A stretch of 64,000 nucleotides of DNA from Takakia lepidozioides. Taxonomy: Eukaryota > Plantae > Bryophyta. Each line of letters begins with the position of its first letter. Position 1 is the stretch's first letter. The position numbers were made by a program, and so were the translations under genes. The notes beneath the pieces were generated by a model that worked only from the letters and a program-made list of their open reading frames with translations, did not search any database and was not told where the DNA came from. Below are positions 1-11,595 of this stretch, piece after piece. Location of the stretch: contig CM060734.1 of NCBI GenBank assembly GCA_030704615.1, forward strand, positions 60,884,001-60,948,000, written 5' to 3'.

Positions 1-233
1 ATGTCACCATAATATACACCCGTCCGTAGCCTGGTGGGGGGACATCGACAACAGGGGTGACCTGATACTTCAGGCTTTTCGCTGACTCAATCTTGCTCTC
101 TACTTGCCTCAACCCGCTGGACCACTTTTCCATTTCTTTTCGTAGGACAATCGGTGCCATGTGGAGGGCGCGTAGGAAATGGGGAAGGGAAAACCCGCGA
201 AGGATTGACCGTTATGACAATTGGGAGCTGAAA

Positions 234-3200
234 TCATGCATCCTCCATCATGTCAATTTCCGCTTTAGAGAGTAAAGTCCCCATCTTCACCGGCCAAACG
301 ATTGGGATTTGCGGTTTGCTTATCACCGACTCACGGATAGTCCCCATCACGCAACGTTTCCTGTCATCAGGACAAAAGTAGAACTTGTGAGGCCTGGCCT
401 CTCGCGCATTGTAATGCTTGAACAACCCTGTGAAAGTCGGGTCTAGAGTCCCGACAGGGGCTCTACAAATCATAGATGTGCACTTCATAGACGACGTTGC
501 CCAGATAGCGGAACATTTCACTTTTGAGCCTTGCGGAGTCCGTTCTATGTGCCACATTGCGTCTACACAGTCAGACTTCCGGATGGGCAGCATGTTTTCC
601 CCTTCTTTCCCTACAGATGTAGTTGTTGAACGCGGAGTGAACTCTGCTGAAGAAGATTCACCCACAAAAGATGTGGCGTATACGAAAGTGGGAGCCGGCA
701 CACGAGGCACCGAAAAGTTATCCCTATCGTGCCGATGTAAATCGCCGTCCGACCCTGGAGGGGTGTACCCTCCGGGTGTCTAGTTTGCGCTTGCATAAAC
801 CAAATCTCTCCTCACTTCCAGATGAGGAAGTCTTGACTGTAAAGGTGTTCCCATTGTGCATTTGTTAACAGCGTTGCCCATCTTAGCACGATTTTTGCAT
901 CTGTTTGTAGCCCTCAGCTGCAACTCCACCCTGTCTGGCCCCTTACCAACACCCCGTCCTCAAAGAAAGTCCCAGTACTATGTCTGTTGCGAGAGCTCGC
1001 GGACCATGTCATCCAAACTGGCAACGTACAGGCCCCAGCCGTTCTTCTCGGATTGCGCATTCCATATATTGTGCTCAGTTAGCGATAGATTACAGGACGA
1101 CATATCCGCAATCTCTTCCAGCGACATATTCTGCATACAATATCCTCGCCCACCCATTATTAAACTTCCATGGGCAATTGCATTGACCAAAAAGATGGCA
1201 TCAGAGGGTATTGGTGACAAACGAACACGTGAAATTCAGTGAAGTATGGAAGAGACCTTACTCTTGTCATGAAACCCCCCCCCACTGTTTGTAGTGCCGA
1301 AATCCCATCCAATCGTCAAGCTCTTTGAGTCCATCTTGACTTGCTGCGTCGGAGGAGTACCACCATGCCCGTATAATCTGGTATAAGGAGTTAGCTTCAT
1401 GCTCGGTTGTTGCATCTTTATACAAATGGTAGAGTCTCATGTATTCTTCCTGCAATTCCGATTTTATGCAACTGTTCGTATGCCTTCGAAGGGACTGCGT
1501 CAAATGGAAAAGGCAAGTTTGCTCCCTGCCTAACATGGGTATTTTCGGATCACCAGATTCAAAAACAGACCGGACTGCATTCCAATTTATCTGCACGTTG
1601 TCCGCCATGAATCCACAGAAGTTTGGATCTGGGACACCATGGTTTTTCATGACCTTCACAATGGACTTCCACATAAGAATTTGAGACTCGGTGTATTCGG
1701 ATTACATGTCCCAGACTGTAATTGTCATAACTCTTTGGAAAGATGGATTGTACACATGAGCAGCCATGGTTGTCCAGTCCTTCACACGTTTCACGTGATC
1801 AAACATGAGCCACGATTTTTCGAGATCGCCACCGGGTTGCATTCTGCGGACCAGGCTAACTCCACTTCCCTCTCCAACTATGGACATCTTCAATAAGTAC
1901 AATTTCATTGACCCCTGGCCAGGAAAGACATTATCCTGAATAAAGTCGTACCTACTTCTACGCTTCAATTCCAGGATGATATCCACATAACCTTGGCTCC
2001 CTCAGTGCATTGATCTGGTTACGAACATTGGGCGAACTCAGAGTCGAGAAATAGTCCATAACAACCTCTAATTTTTCACCGTCCAAATTCGTTGTCTTCT
2101 CTTCTGTTCCTCCTAGAATATGTTTTTGCAAGAAGCTCTTGCTTGCAGCAACTGCAATGGCAAAAGGCGATGCATTTGGAGCAGTCCCTACCTCATGCCG
2201 TGCAGCAGTCCTCGAATTGTCTCAATATTTTCCTGCGATCCCCCTTGGATACTGGGTGGACATGATTGCCCAAATGAACACAAGCTCGAATCAATGTGTG
2301 GGAACGGTGAATGACATAGTACGTACGGGCCTTGCATGTGCCAATGCATGTTGGGACCATCTTGCAGAACTTACAGAGTAGCGTCGTGTTTCTGGGAGGT
2401 GGACACCCCACTTCAAATGGGTTATCCGCGCAACCCTGGAGAACCTCCCAACCTCAGACAGTTGCAAGCGGCATTTTCACAATGGAGGTGTCCAACGCAG
2501 ACTGATCTCCGGAACGACAAGCCATGAGGGTTGTGTATGTTGGATGTTGTAGTTCGACACCAAGGATGTCCATCGTGCTTTTTATCCATGCCTTGCATGA
2601 GTCCCGCCAAACCTCCACAAGACGTCCGAGGCGGCAGTTCAAAAACGACAGCACCATCAAATTCAGAAGGAAGATATTTTGTTCTTTGAATCCAGATTGT
2701 TCCCCATGCACTACCACGCATAGCACTCCTGCAATTTGGCAAGTCTTTCAGAGACTGCAGTTTCGGAATGACACTGCCAATCTCCTGTATATTTGGGTCT
2801 TTGACAGAAAGGGGGTGTGCTAGAGGTGGTAGAATCTCCGAGATATCATCGTCTTCCGAGCTTTCGGAGAGGTCAATAAACGTTGTTGAAGTGCTTGTGT
2901 ACCTTTTCTAATTGGAAAAGGTATGAAGGCTGGAGCCACCGAAGCAGCCGTTCCTGGTGTGGGTGTAGAACTACCAAACAGACGCCTCTGATCCCCGTGT
3001 ACGCGGTACTGCCTACCGGAACACTCCATTGTCTACGGTCACCGCACATGATTGACTCCAAAATCAGCATACTGTCAACCTTGCCGGAAGCGTCGTACAC
3101 TTCTCTCTCCACATGCACAGTTCCAGCTTGAAGATCCAAGCTTATACACAGGACATCCTCCTTGACGGTTGCCAGGCCATTTTCGTCAGGCACTTTCGTG

Positions 3201-3463
3201 AGGGGCATTGATTTGAAAGCGTAGTAGAATTTCGTTGGCCAACTCACTTGTGAGAGACATTGCAGGAGCACAGAAGGGACCGGCTGATCCGTAACCATGT
3301 GGATAGCACTTGTAATCCAGTGCGCCGGACCTTTGTTGACTCTGTTCCAGCACTTTCTCTCTTGGATTCTATTTTGTTTTTTAAATGGTGAATCTTCAAG
3401 AGTATTTGGGTATGCATATTCACTTGGAATGTATGGGAATTTGTATGAGAATGTATGAATCAC
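234..3463 (-). pseudogene. Degenerate GCM/WRKY-like Zn-finger plus MULE-type DDE transposase (multiple stops and frameshifts)
   Basis: Collinear minus-strand fragments: DGHPWCRTTTSNI..FRRSVCVGHLHCEN (2422-2742) and CKFCK..C..RTYYV..RACVHLGNHVHP (2193-2411) resemble a GCM-like Zn domain. WLMFDHVKRV..WTTMAAHVY (1702-1986), FMADN..NWNAVR..CLFH (1267-1674) and CNL..EHN.W (978-1220) resemble the MULE DDE core with CxxH. A Cys-rich C-terminal region lies at 234-710. Family assignment is by motif recognition. Confidence 0.7.
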
Positions 3464-3609
3464 TTACACACCACTTTGTTAGTGGTATATGTAAGACTAT
3501 CACAGTAGGCAAGAATGGTTGTACTCCTCCAGATGCAGCCCTAATCACTTACATACCACTCTGGCAGTAATCATTCCAATACATGCAGATTCCTACGGAC
3601 ACAGTGGAT

Positions 3610-3900
3610 GACCCAGTCAGTGGTTTTAGCACACAACCTAACCACTACATCAATACTAGTATAACCACTCAGTCAGTAGGTTTAGCACACAAACTAACCA
3701 CTACTACAATAATGCTATCTAGAACCACTCAGTAAGTGGTCTTAGCACACAACCTAACCACTACTTCAATACTGGTAGAACCACTCAGTCAGTGGTCTTA
3801 GCACACAACCTAACCACTACTTCAATACTGGTAGAACCACTCAGTCAGTGGTCTTAGCACACAACCTAACCACTACTGCAATACTGGTATAACAACCACT
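3610..3900. repeat. 56-bp tandem minisatellite, about 5 units, each starting with an ACCACT-N5-AGTGGT palindrome
   Basis: Near-identical units accactcagtcagtggtcttagcacacaacctaaccactacttcaatactggtaga start at 3724, 3780 and 3836; more degenerate units at ~3610 and ~3664. Confidence 0.9.
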
Positions 3901-4529
3901 TAATCGGTGAGTATAATATATATTGTTTATTCTCATTTCATGATTATTCCTGGTATTTAATGCTCACTCACAGAGTTGTTTGTGAAGTCATTGCATTTTT
4001 CAGCGCATCCCTAAAATAGGGCACGTGTGCATTTGCAATATTACCACGTGTTCAGATAATGGTCAACATAACCGTGTAACTAGATTCGTCCACGTGTCCA
4101 TATGAATACGGACACGTGTCCGTCCATTGCTAAGAATGATCGATGGATTTGCTGCGTCCACATCGCATACGGTGGAAGTGGTTGGAATCACTATGTTGTG
4201 AAGTGGTTAGTTTACCACCGTGACACGTCAGACGTGGTTTGGCTTACCACTGTGACACGTCATAAGTGGTTAGTTTACCGTTGTGACACGTAAGTGAAAA
4301 GGTAGACTCGGAGGCAAGTGATCGTAACCACTGTCTTAACCACTTCGGACACGTCATGTCTTTTACCACTGTTGAGTCAAGATCCACTGGTTCTTCATCA
4401 CTCTGGGCCAGAGTGGTTGGGTGTCTTTTACCACTCAAAAGGGGGGTAATTACCAGAGTGGTTATTCCGTGTTTTTCTTTTAGTGATATATCCAAGTACA
4501 ACCTCTAGGTCGATAATGTATGTTGTTGG

Positions 4530-6060
4530 CCCAATTGTCCAGTGTCATCTAAGTCCCAGTGTAATCCCCTATGTATCCAAGTGCGTCTCATATGTCGAGG
4601 CCCATGTGTGAAAAACTGAAATCTAAGCCCAAGTGCAATCCCCTATGCATCCACAGACCTTGCAGTTTGGGAAATCTCCACGTCATTGTTTCAACAAAGC
4701 CCACTTTGCTATTTTTGCAATCTCCCGTGTCGAGGCTTAATATATTGATATATCCACTTTGCTTATTTTCGCGAATTCCCAGCGGCCAAAAGTACTTGAA
4801 ATTCCAAATCTCCCACGTGAAGGGCCAATCACTACTCCAGGAAAGGCCACTTTTTCTGAATTTCCAGCGACCCAAAGTACTCAAAATTCCATATCTCCCA
4901 CACCGCGGGTCCAAAAATCATGAGACCAAGCCGGTGCACCCCTCCTCATGGAGGGCTTTCCAATGGCACCAAGCACCGGGGCTGGGCCCCGCGGTTTGGG
5001 AGATCTCACCGATGCTTCAAACAAAACAAAACAAAACAAACAAATTGGCTTCCTTCATATATTGACTAGGGTAGGATGTGCCGTTGGCCCAAATGTCCAA
5101 TGTCAAGTCCAAGTGCAATCCCCTATGTATATACTGCATCCAAGTGCTTCTCCCATGTAGAGGCCCATGTGTAATCTCATATACATCCAAGTGTTTCTCC
5201 AATGTAGAGGCCCAAGTACGACCTCCAATGTCCAATGTTATCTAAGTCCAAGTGCAACCCCCTATGCATCCACAGACCCTGTAGTTGGGGAGATCTCCAC
5301 GTCATTGGTCCAACAAAGCCCACTTTGCTATTTTTTGCAATCTCCCCTGTCAAGGCTTATTATATTGATATATCCACTTTGCTTATTTTCGCAAATTTCC
5401 GGTGACCAAAAGTACTTGAAATTCCAAATCTCCCACGTGAAGGGCCGATCACTGCTCCAGGAAAGGCCACTTTGCTATTTTTCCCGAATTTCCAACGACC
5501 AAAAGTACTCAAAATTCCATATCACCCACACCGCGGGTCCAAAAATCATGAGACCAAGCCGGTGCACCCCTGCTCATCGAGGGCTTTCCAACGGCACCAA
5601 GTACCGGGGCTGGGGCCCGCGGTTTGGGAGATCTCACCGACGCCACAAACAAACAAAATAAAACAAAACAAACAAACTGGCTTCCTTCATATATTGACTA
5701 CCTAGGTAGCCTATGCCGTTGGCCCAAGTGTCCAATGTCATCCAAGTCCAAGTGCAATCCCCTCTCTATCTAGAGACCCTCCTGTTTGGGAGATCTAGGC
5801 CTCGGGTAGCCTGTGCCATTGGCCCATGTGAAATCTCATGTATGTATCCAAGTGCTTCTCCAATGTAGAGGCCCAAGTGCGACCTCCAATGTCCAATGTC
5901 ATCTAAGTCCAAGTGCAATCCCCTATGCATCCACAGACCCTGTAGTTGGGGAGATCTCCACGTCGTTGGTCCAACAAAGCCCACTTTGCTATTTTTGCAA
6001 TCTCCCCTATCGAGGCTTAATATATTGATATATCCACTTTGCTATTTTTCGCGAATTTCC
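4530..6060. repeat. Unclassified ~600-bp tandem repeat, about 2.5 copies
   Basis: Blocks such as ccctatgcatccacagacc..agatctccacgtc..aaagcccactttgctattttt..atattgatatatccactttgc recur at ~4640, ~5260 and ~5920. The block cacaccgcgggtccaaaaatcatgagaccaagccggtgcacccc recurs at ~4899 and ~5527. The third copy is truncated at ~6060. Confidence 0.85.
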
Positions 6061-7103
6061 TTTTGTTCAACGATAGACTGAGCTAAAATTTCAGTCTAGC
6101 CTGTGTATATAGAGAGGGAGATGGGGACAGTGAGAGGAGAGAAACCTTATGGGAAGATGATACAGCATCGCACGATTACTCCTAGGCACCAGAGAGGAGC
6201 CAAGTAGACATTCCTATTCCATGGCTCTTGATGAGGTGGAGGACCTCATTGTAGATGTTGGCATGTCAGTTTTCTTTTAACAAAGCTCATTTCACTTTGC
6301 GTACTAAAATCCGAAATATTATTATGTAATGGCATATTTAATGATTTGATGGTTATTTTAATTTTAATTTTAGTTATTTATATCCGGGTTTATAACCGGC
6401 TAGTGTACGATTGGAATAGCCGGCCTGTCCTATTGATACATGTCCACAAATAAAAAATCATATTACTATTGAGAACCGGTGGATATTATAATTATTAAGT
6501 GAATATTCCAATACTATGGAACTGGCTGGTATTGAAAATATATATATTTCAATACCAGGACCCGGCTGCTATTAAAAAATGTAATACCCGCCCAGGGTCA
6601 TAGGAACTAATTGTCTCACCACTTGGATCGCAAAAATCTTGGATTTGTGCTTACGAAAGGGACAATGTTAGAATCTCTATGTTTTGGCCTATATCCAAAC
6701 CCCCAAGAAACACATATAAAGGAGCATATAGCATCCTATGGCAATTTGGCACCTGATATTTTACATGCCCCCATACCTTAGAATAGGATCTAGCTATGCA
6801 TGTGAGGGCCCCAGCAAAAATGAACCCGACACTGTAGTGCAAATTCTTGGTCAAACCTGACATTGCAGGTTTTTCAAATTCCCAAAACAAAAGAGATCCC
6901 ACCAAAGCATTATAATCTTGAAAAGTTTGTGGTGAAATTCTTCAAGATGTGGTGCTAGGTAGCAACATGTTTGTAAGGTTCATATTTATGGATGTAGTAT
7001 GGTAGGTGGGCACTGGGTAGCTTGGTTTTATTGTCTAGGGTGAGACATTTAAAGGGCAAAAAAACTCTATGTGTAGGAAGTTAAGGGTTAAATGAGGAAC
7101 CAA

Positions 7104-7358
7104 CAATAGGTAGCTCAGTTGGTTAAGTGCACTGAGTGCCACTCAGATGAAAATCTTGCTACTGTACGGGTGGGGTATACTCTTCTCCCAGGTTCCTACG
7201 CCTCATGGCGTGGTAACTGTGAAAGAGGTTATTTTCTCCTCTCCTTGTTAAGGGGCCTGGTTACTCTGAAAGAGGTCATTTTCTCCTCTCTTTGTTAAGG
7301 GGCCTGATTTGTGAGCTGTCGCTCCCAGGTGTTTCCCTTTAAAGAAAAGAAAAAAAAT
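7104..7358 (+). mobile_element. Putative tRNA-derived SINE with A-rich tail
   Basis: Pol III A-box TAGCTCAGTTGG at 7111-7122, only a degenerate B-box, an internal 47-bp tandem duplication (7213-7306) and a tail aaagaaaagaaaaaaaa. No clear TSD. Confidence 0.45.
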
Positions 7359-7933
7359 ACATGGAATCCATGCAAGCCCCGCCGTATAGTAGTTATGAAT
7401 AGGTAGTAAAAATCTGGAAGATCACATAATTAGTCTATTAATAAATATCAAGGTAACAGGATTTGAGCCCTGAATCACCCAGGTGGCAGGCAGGTAATAG
7501 CCGATCGACTTTCATTTATGGCATGCACAAGAAGTTGACCAGATGTCAATCATTAAAAGATAGAATATTCTCTTGACAGCTGTCTCGATCCAATTGGAAG
7601 TCTAATCGAAAGTATGGGTGCTAAAGCAGCTGAAACCCTTTGCGTAGTCCTGCCTTAGGAAGGCAGGGCCAAAAAACAAAAATAAAATGAGGACTGTGGA
7701 CGGCAGATACAGAGGGGCTCCGCCGTCGCGAGTCTTGGAAGGGGATCCAACGTTAAATTTAGTGAGGAGGTGGGTTACCTGCTTTTGGTGGGCTATGACA
7801 TAAATACATACAAATCCATCAGCCTTCCAGATCCACTCCGCTGCTGATCGAGGGCACTTGTAAGCAGGTTTGGGCAGCTGCCGAGATCACGAGACTGCAG
7901 GTGAACTCGCGGAGGGAGAGTTGTAGCGTTGCG

Positions 7934-7940
7934 TATATAA
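7934..7940 (+). promoter_or_regulatory. Candidate TATA box of the terpene synthase
   Basis: TATATAA about 110 bp upstream of ATG 8046. A TGACG-type motif (cacgtca on + strand) lies at ~7973-7979. Confidence 0.5.
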
Positions 7941-8045
7941 GTTAAGTTACTGTGATTACTGATTACTGTCATCACGTCAAGCCTTCCTACGCATTCTATT
8001 CGAGTGCTCAGCTCTAGTAGCAGCTGCCGGGCTGAGGACTGCAGA

Positions 8046-9176
8046 ATGGGCCCCCAGCTCCAGAGCCCGCTCCATAATGGAAATGTACCCATTAAGAATC
8101 CCAGGGAGGATGAGATCGAGCTTCCACCTCTCGTCTCTTCCATGGTCATCGCAGGCCTACCACCTCGACAGCAGAGCAAGTTTGTAGTTGACGCCGAGGA
8201 ACGCCTGATGAAAATTTGGGAGCACTGGCAGATCAACTCGTTTGAATCCTATTGTCGTCTGGGCGTCTCGATGGCCAGCTTTATGTACAGCGGAGCCGTT
8301 AGTTCTGATCGTCTTGTAGCAGTATCTTTTATGAACGCCGTCACGTTTCTTCTGGATGATCTTTTCTTTGATTCTCCAAACGACTTGCTCCTCGAGGAGT
8401 ATGGCATCGATCGCAGCATCCGTGAGAGCCCTCACAAAATCGGAGAGTTCTTCAACAACTTAATCCTTCAGATCTTCAGGCAACAAGAGCCTCTGTGCGA
8501 TCCCACCCCGATCGAGAGGATGATGTGGGAAATGGGTCAGGACTTCAGACGCTTGTCCAACCCGGAATGGTTCAACGCTTGTACAGACGCTCTCATCGGG
8601 TACTGCAGAGTGAGCGTTGCCAGCAGTGCTGACATTGCAGGCCACCGCTCATATTTGCAAGACTTGGAGTCTTACACCCAGATGCGCGCTTGGAACTCTG
8701 GAGGCTTGTTTTCCGTGAATCTCATGGAGCTTGCCTACAATGCGTTTCTTCCAGACGAGGTGCGCGCGCAACCCCTCATCCGACAGCTGACCAACGCGAC
8801 CCTCCTTCAGATGGCTTTCGTCAACGATATTTTCTCTTACCACAAGGAGGTCATGCAGGAAGACAATCCGCGAAATCTAGTCAAGGTGTTGATGGAATCT
8901 GAAGGCACATTGCTACCCCAAGCTGCGTGGAGAGCCGTGGACGTGGTGAACTCCTACACTCGCCTCGTCCTGAAGCTGGAGACGCAGTTGGCAGCGTCGG
9001 TGGGCGCGGAGCCTTGGGCCCATGCTGCGCGCCGCTACGTGGAAGGTTTGAAGGAGTATATGTCTGGCAGTATTCACGTTCATAGCATGAACAAGCGCTA
9101 CCGGCATCCTGACTCAGTTTTCCCTGAGCTCAGGGCCATCACCAATGTCCATCACCAACTACAAGAGATAATTTAG
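8046..9176 (+). CDS. Microbial terpene synthase-like protein (MTPSL), single alpha-domain class I terpene cyclase, 376 aa, intronless
   Basis: Uninterrupted ORF with first ATG at 8046. Aspartate-rich LLDDLFFD (DDxxxD), pyrophosphate-sensor R in MRAWNSGG, NSE motif NDIFSYHKE followed by NLV, and C-terminal KRY. There is no beta/gamma domain, so this is not a typical plant TPS. Confidence 0.93.
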   Translation: MGPQLQSPLHNGNVPIKNPREDEIELPPLVSSMVIAGLPPRQQSKFVVDAEERLMKIWEHWQINSFESYCRLGVSMASFMYSGAVSSDRLVAVSFMNAVTFLLDDLFFDSPNDLLLEEYGIDRSIRESPHKIGEFFNNLILQIFRQQEPLCDPTPIERMMWEMGQDFRRLSNPEWFNACTDALIGYCRVSVASSADIAGHRSYLQDLESYTQMRAWNSGGLFSVNLMELAYNAFLPDEVRAQPLIRQLTNATLLQMAFVNDIFSYHKEVMQEDNPRNLVKVLMESEGTLLPQAAWRAVDVVNSYTRLVLKLETQLAASVGAEPWAHAARRYVEGLKEYMSGSIHVHSMNKRYRHPDSVFPELRAITNVHHQLQEII

Positions 9177-11595
9177 AGCCTGATCAGATGCAGCACCTGC
9201 ATCAACTTCAATGACATGTTGTAACGAACAATGCCTCACAACACTTTCAATGTTCAACAAGTACGGTTCCTCATATATATATGTCCGCGGCATGCTTGAT
9301 CTGCATAGTAGGACTTGATATATATTTTCATAGGTCATATATAATGAGAGAGTGTTACATAGCATGTCAAAGCTAGACATCAACATTGCATTGAGTTGTG
9401 ATTTTTACAGTGCTGATTTCTCTGCATAAAGATGAGGTTTTGAAGTGAACTTTAGCCTACCTCAAAGCCCACATTTGATGCAGTGTAGTGGTCAGCATAG
9501 ATGGAAACAGCGGCCAGTTAGCTAGTGAACCACCCCATTGATTTCTTGTTACTCTCAGGCTGGTTTTAATGTTGACCCAAAGAAAGCAGTAACCTTCAAG
9601 AACAAAAGCGATAATACAGCAAGCATAAATATTCGGGCCAGTTTTCTTAAAGCAGTGGTTGAAGCATGTGCTTCCCTCTCTACATGCAAGTACACTTGGC
9701 TTTCTCCATCACTAGTGGGCACTGCACGCTATGGAGGAAGAATGCATGCAATTTTCGGCCCAGGGATTGAACAAGTCGCATGGCATTATTGGTTTCAAAC
9801 CTTAACGAAGGCTCAGGCTGAAGTAGGAGATTCGAAGACACCATTCTCAGAATAAAGTGCAGAAGCTCTTTGAATCCAGACCATCATTGGCTGATGGCTA
9901 CAGTGGCCCACAAAAAATATGCTGCACGCTCATCCTTGAGATTGATCACATATGGTTGTCATGCATCTCAAGGGAGCCTTGAAAGAAAGAAACCGAGATA
10001 ATGCAGGAATCAATGTGAACTCAACTGTTACTGCTCAACCGAAATACTGAAACCTCTCATTAGAACTCTCTAAGCCTCCCTCTCAGTTTGTGAGACTGCC
10101 TCTTCTCTATCACAGTCAAAGTGTGAATCTGACTGTGTTTGCCTTCTTTCACCTGAAGTTTCAATCTTTTGTACCAACTTCCTTTCTTAAGCGACATTCG
10201 TAAACCTTCCCTTTCCGGTCAGCCATTTCACCACATTCACAATCCTGCTTAGTGCTTGTTGTTCACGTGACCGCATTTAAAAGACCTCTCGTGTGTACTT
10301 GATTGCTACACTCATGGTTCCTCATCTTCTTTCTTTAATGCTGAAGGCTCTTGGTTGCTCGTAATGGAGGAGAGCGGAAGAAAAAATGTTGTATTGAAGT
10401 TACATCACAGGGTCGCGGCCTGCGACAAGTCCATGAAAGCCAACCCCAGTTCAGCTCTAAGTCGTCCGCTCTATTCGACGCTGCGTTCACCACAAATTTT
10501 GCAGTACTTCTTAGTTTCAGCTTTATCGTAACTAAAAGCTTGTTGTTGAGAGCTCTCCGCCGGGAGCTCTTGTCCCCTTCTGTTCCTCTTCCTCCCTCGG
10601 CTCTCTATCTCTTCTGCGCTTTGTCACTCACTGGCAGTGCAACAACACCCTCATTGAGAGAACAAAACTGGTATCATCATGAATGACATCAAGGAACCAC
10701 TTTAATATGGTATGATGTCAATGCCTTGCCATCAATCACCATTCAATTCATATCCCATTTGGTGAATATAACAATTGAATGGCCACCTAGATATCCCCAT
10801 GGATGTCAATCAACAAAACCTCCTTGATTGCAGGAGTATGCTTTTTATTTTGTGCTCAGCCAGGGCATTGTAGCAATCTACAGGATTTGAGCTGATTAAT
10901 CATGCGTATGGCTCAAAGGGGGTGATTTATATTGCATGATTGGGTGGAAACCTTCTCCATCCTTGACAGATGTTACGATCATGCCATGAGGTTTGTAAAG
11001 TAGTTCTACTTTTGTTCCCATGATTGGGAAGATGCACGCTTTGGTGGTGGTAGCCTGGTCTATGCAAGGCTGTGGTTCATCTATGACTGCTCACATTTCC
11101 ACTCACCGTTGTCACAGAGAAGTCGAAGATCACCATATTTCAGGCATAAGCACACAAATGAGGTCCTTTGGATTGTGAACCCTTCTTGGATGAAAGCAAG
11201 GGTAGCTGCTATGGTACCAAATCAAGAACAATCTGGTGATGGATTCCAAGTCAAACAGATGGAACTAATCATAAGACGTGTTGCCGTAGCCTTGTGGCCA
11301 TAGACCCCATGTCCAGTTGGGTACAATCATAATCGCTAAGTGCAGGACTGCAGAAGTGGTGGACTGTTAATATGTGGCCTGTCCTCATTGAAGAGATTGT
11401 TGGGATTAACTATGCGTGTTGAGTGTATGAATGAAAATAACTATGTTAAACTAAGAGTTCTGAGTCATGCAGGATGACATGGTTGGATCAGGCACAGTTG
11501 TTCATTAGGCATCAAACTGGAAGCACCCCTATGTGTGAAAGAGGAGCAAGTGAGGGAGTAAAAAAGAACACTCCTGGTTCTCGTAGGGATGTGCC

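Larger units (their letters stand above)
1..4485 (-). mobile_element. DNA transposon with a CACTA-type terminus at 4485 (other end not seen in the window)
   Basis: 4471-4485 gtttttcttttagtg reads CACTAAAAGAAAAAC on the minus strand, close to the canonical CACTACAAGAAAA TIR. Dense ACCAC/GTGGT and GTGACACGT subterminal motifs occupy ~4175-4470. Sequence character changes abruptly after 4485. Confidence 0.65.

Noticed and set aside
3610-3900. CRISPR-like array
   Set aside because: Units repeat in full with no unique spacers, there are no cas genes, and the context is eukaryotic.
4571-6081. ORFs of 60-164 aa in the tandem repeat
   Set aside because: They are translations of repeat units with inconsistent frames between copies and no recognisable domains.
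6612-7047. Possible MITE bounded by TGTCTCACC/GGTGAGACA
   Set aside because: Only a 9-bp inverted match and no convincing TSD.
7104-7200. Functional tRNA gene (also considered for 13880-13957)
   Set aside because: No complete cloverleaf, and both continue into SINE-like bodies and tails.
8046-9176. Microbial contamination as the source of the terpene synthase
   Set aside because: It is contiguous with plant TEs and spliced plant genes and has a TATA-type promoter; MTPSLs are established in non-seed plants.
9538-11340. ORFs 9538-9855, 10351-10686 and coding-like minus-strand text
   Set aside because: No recognisable motifs or consistent exon structure; they cannot be supported without a search.
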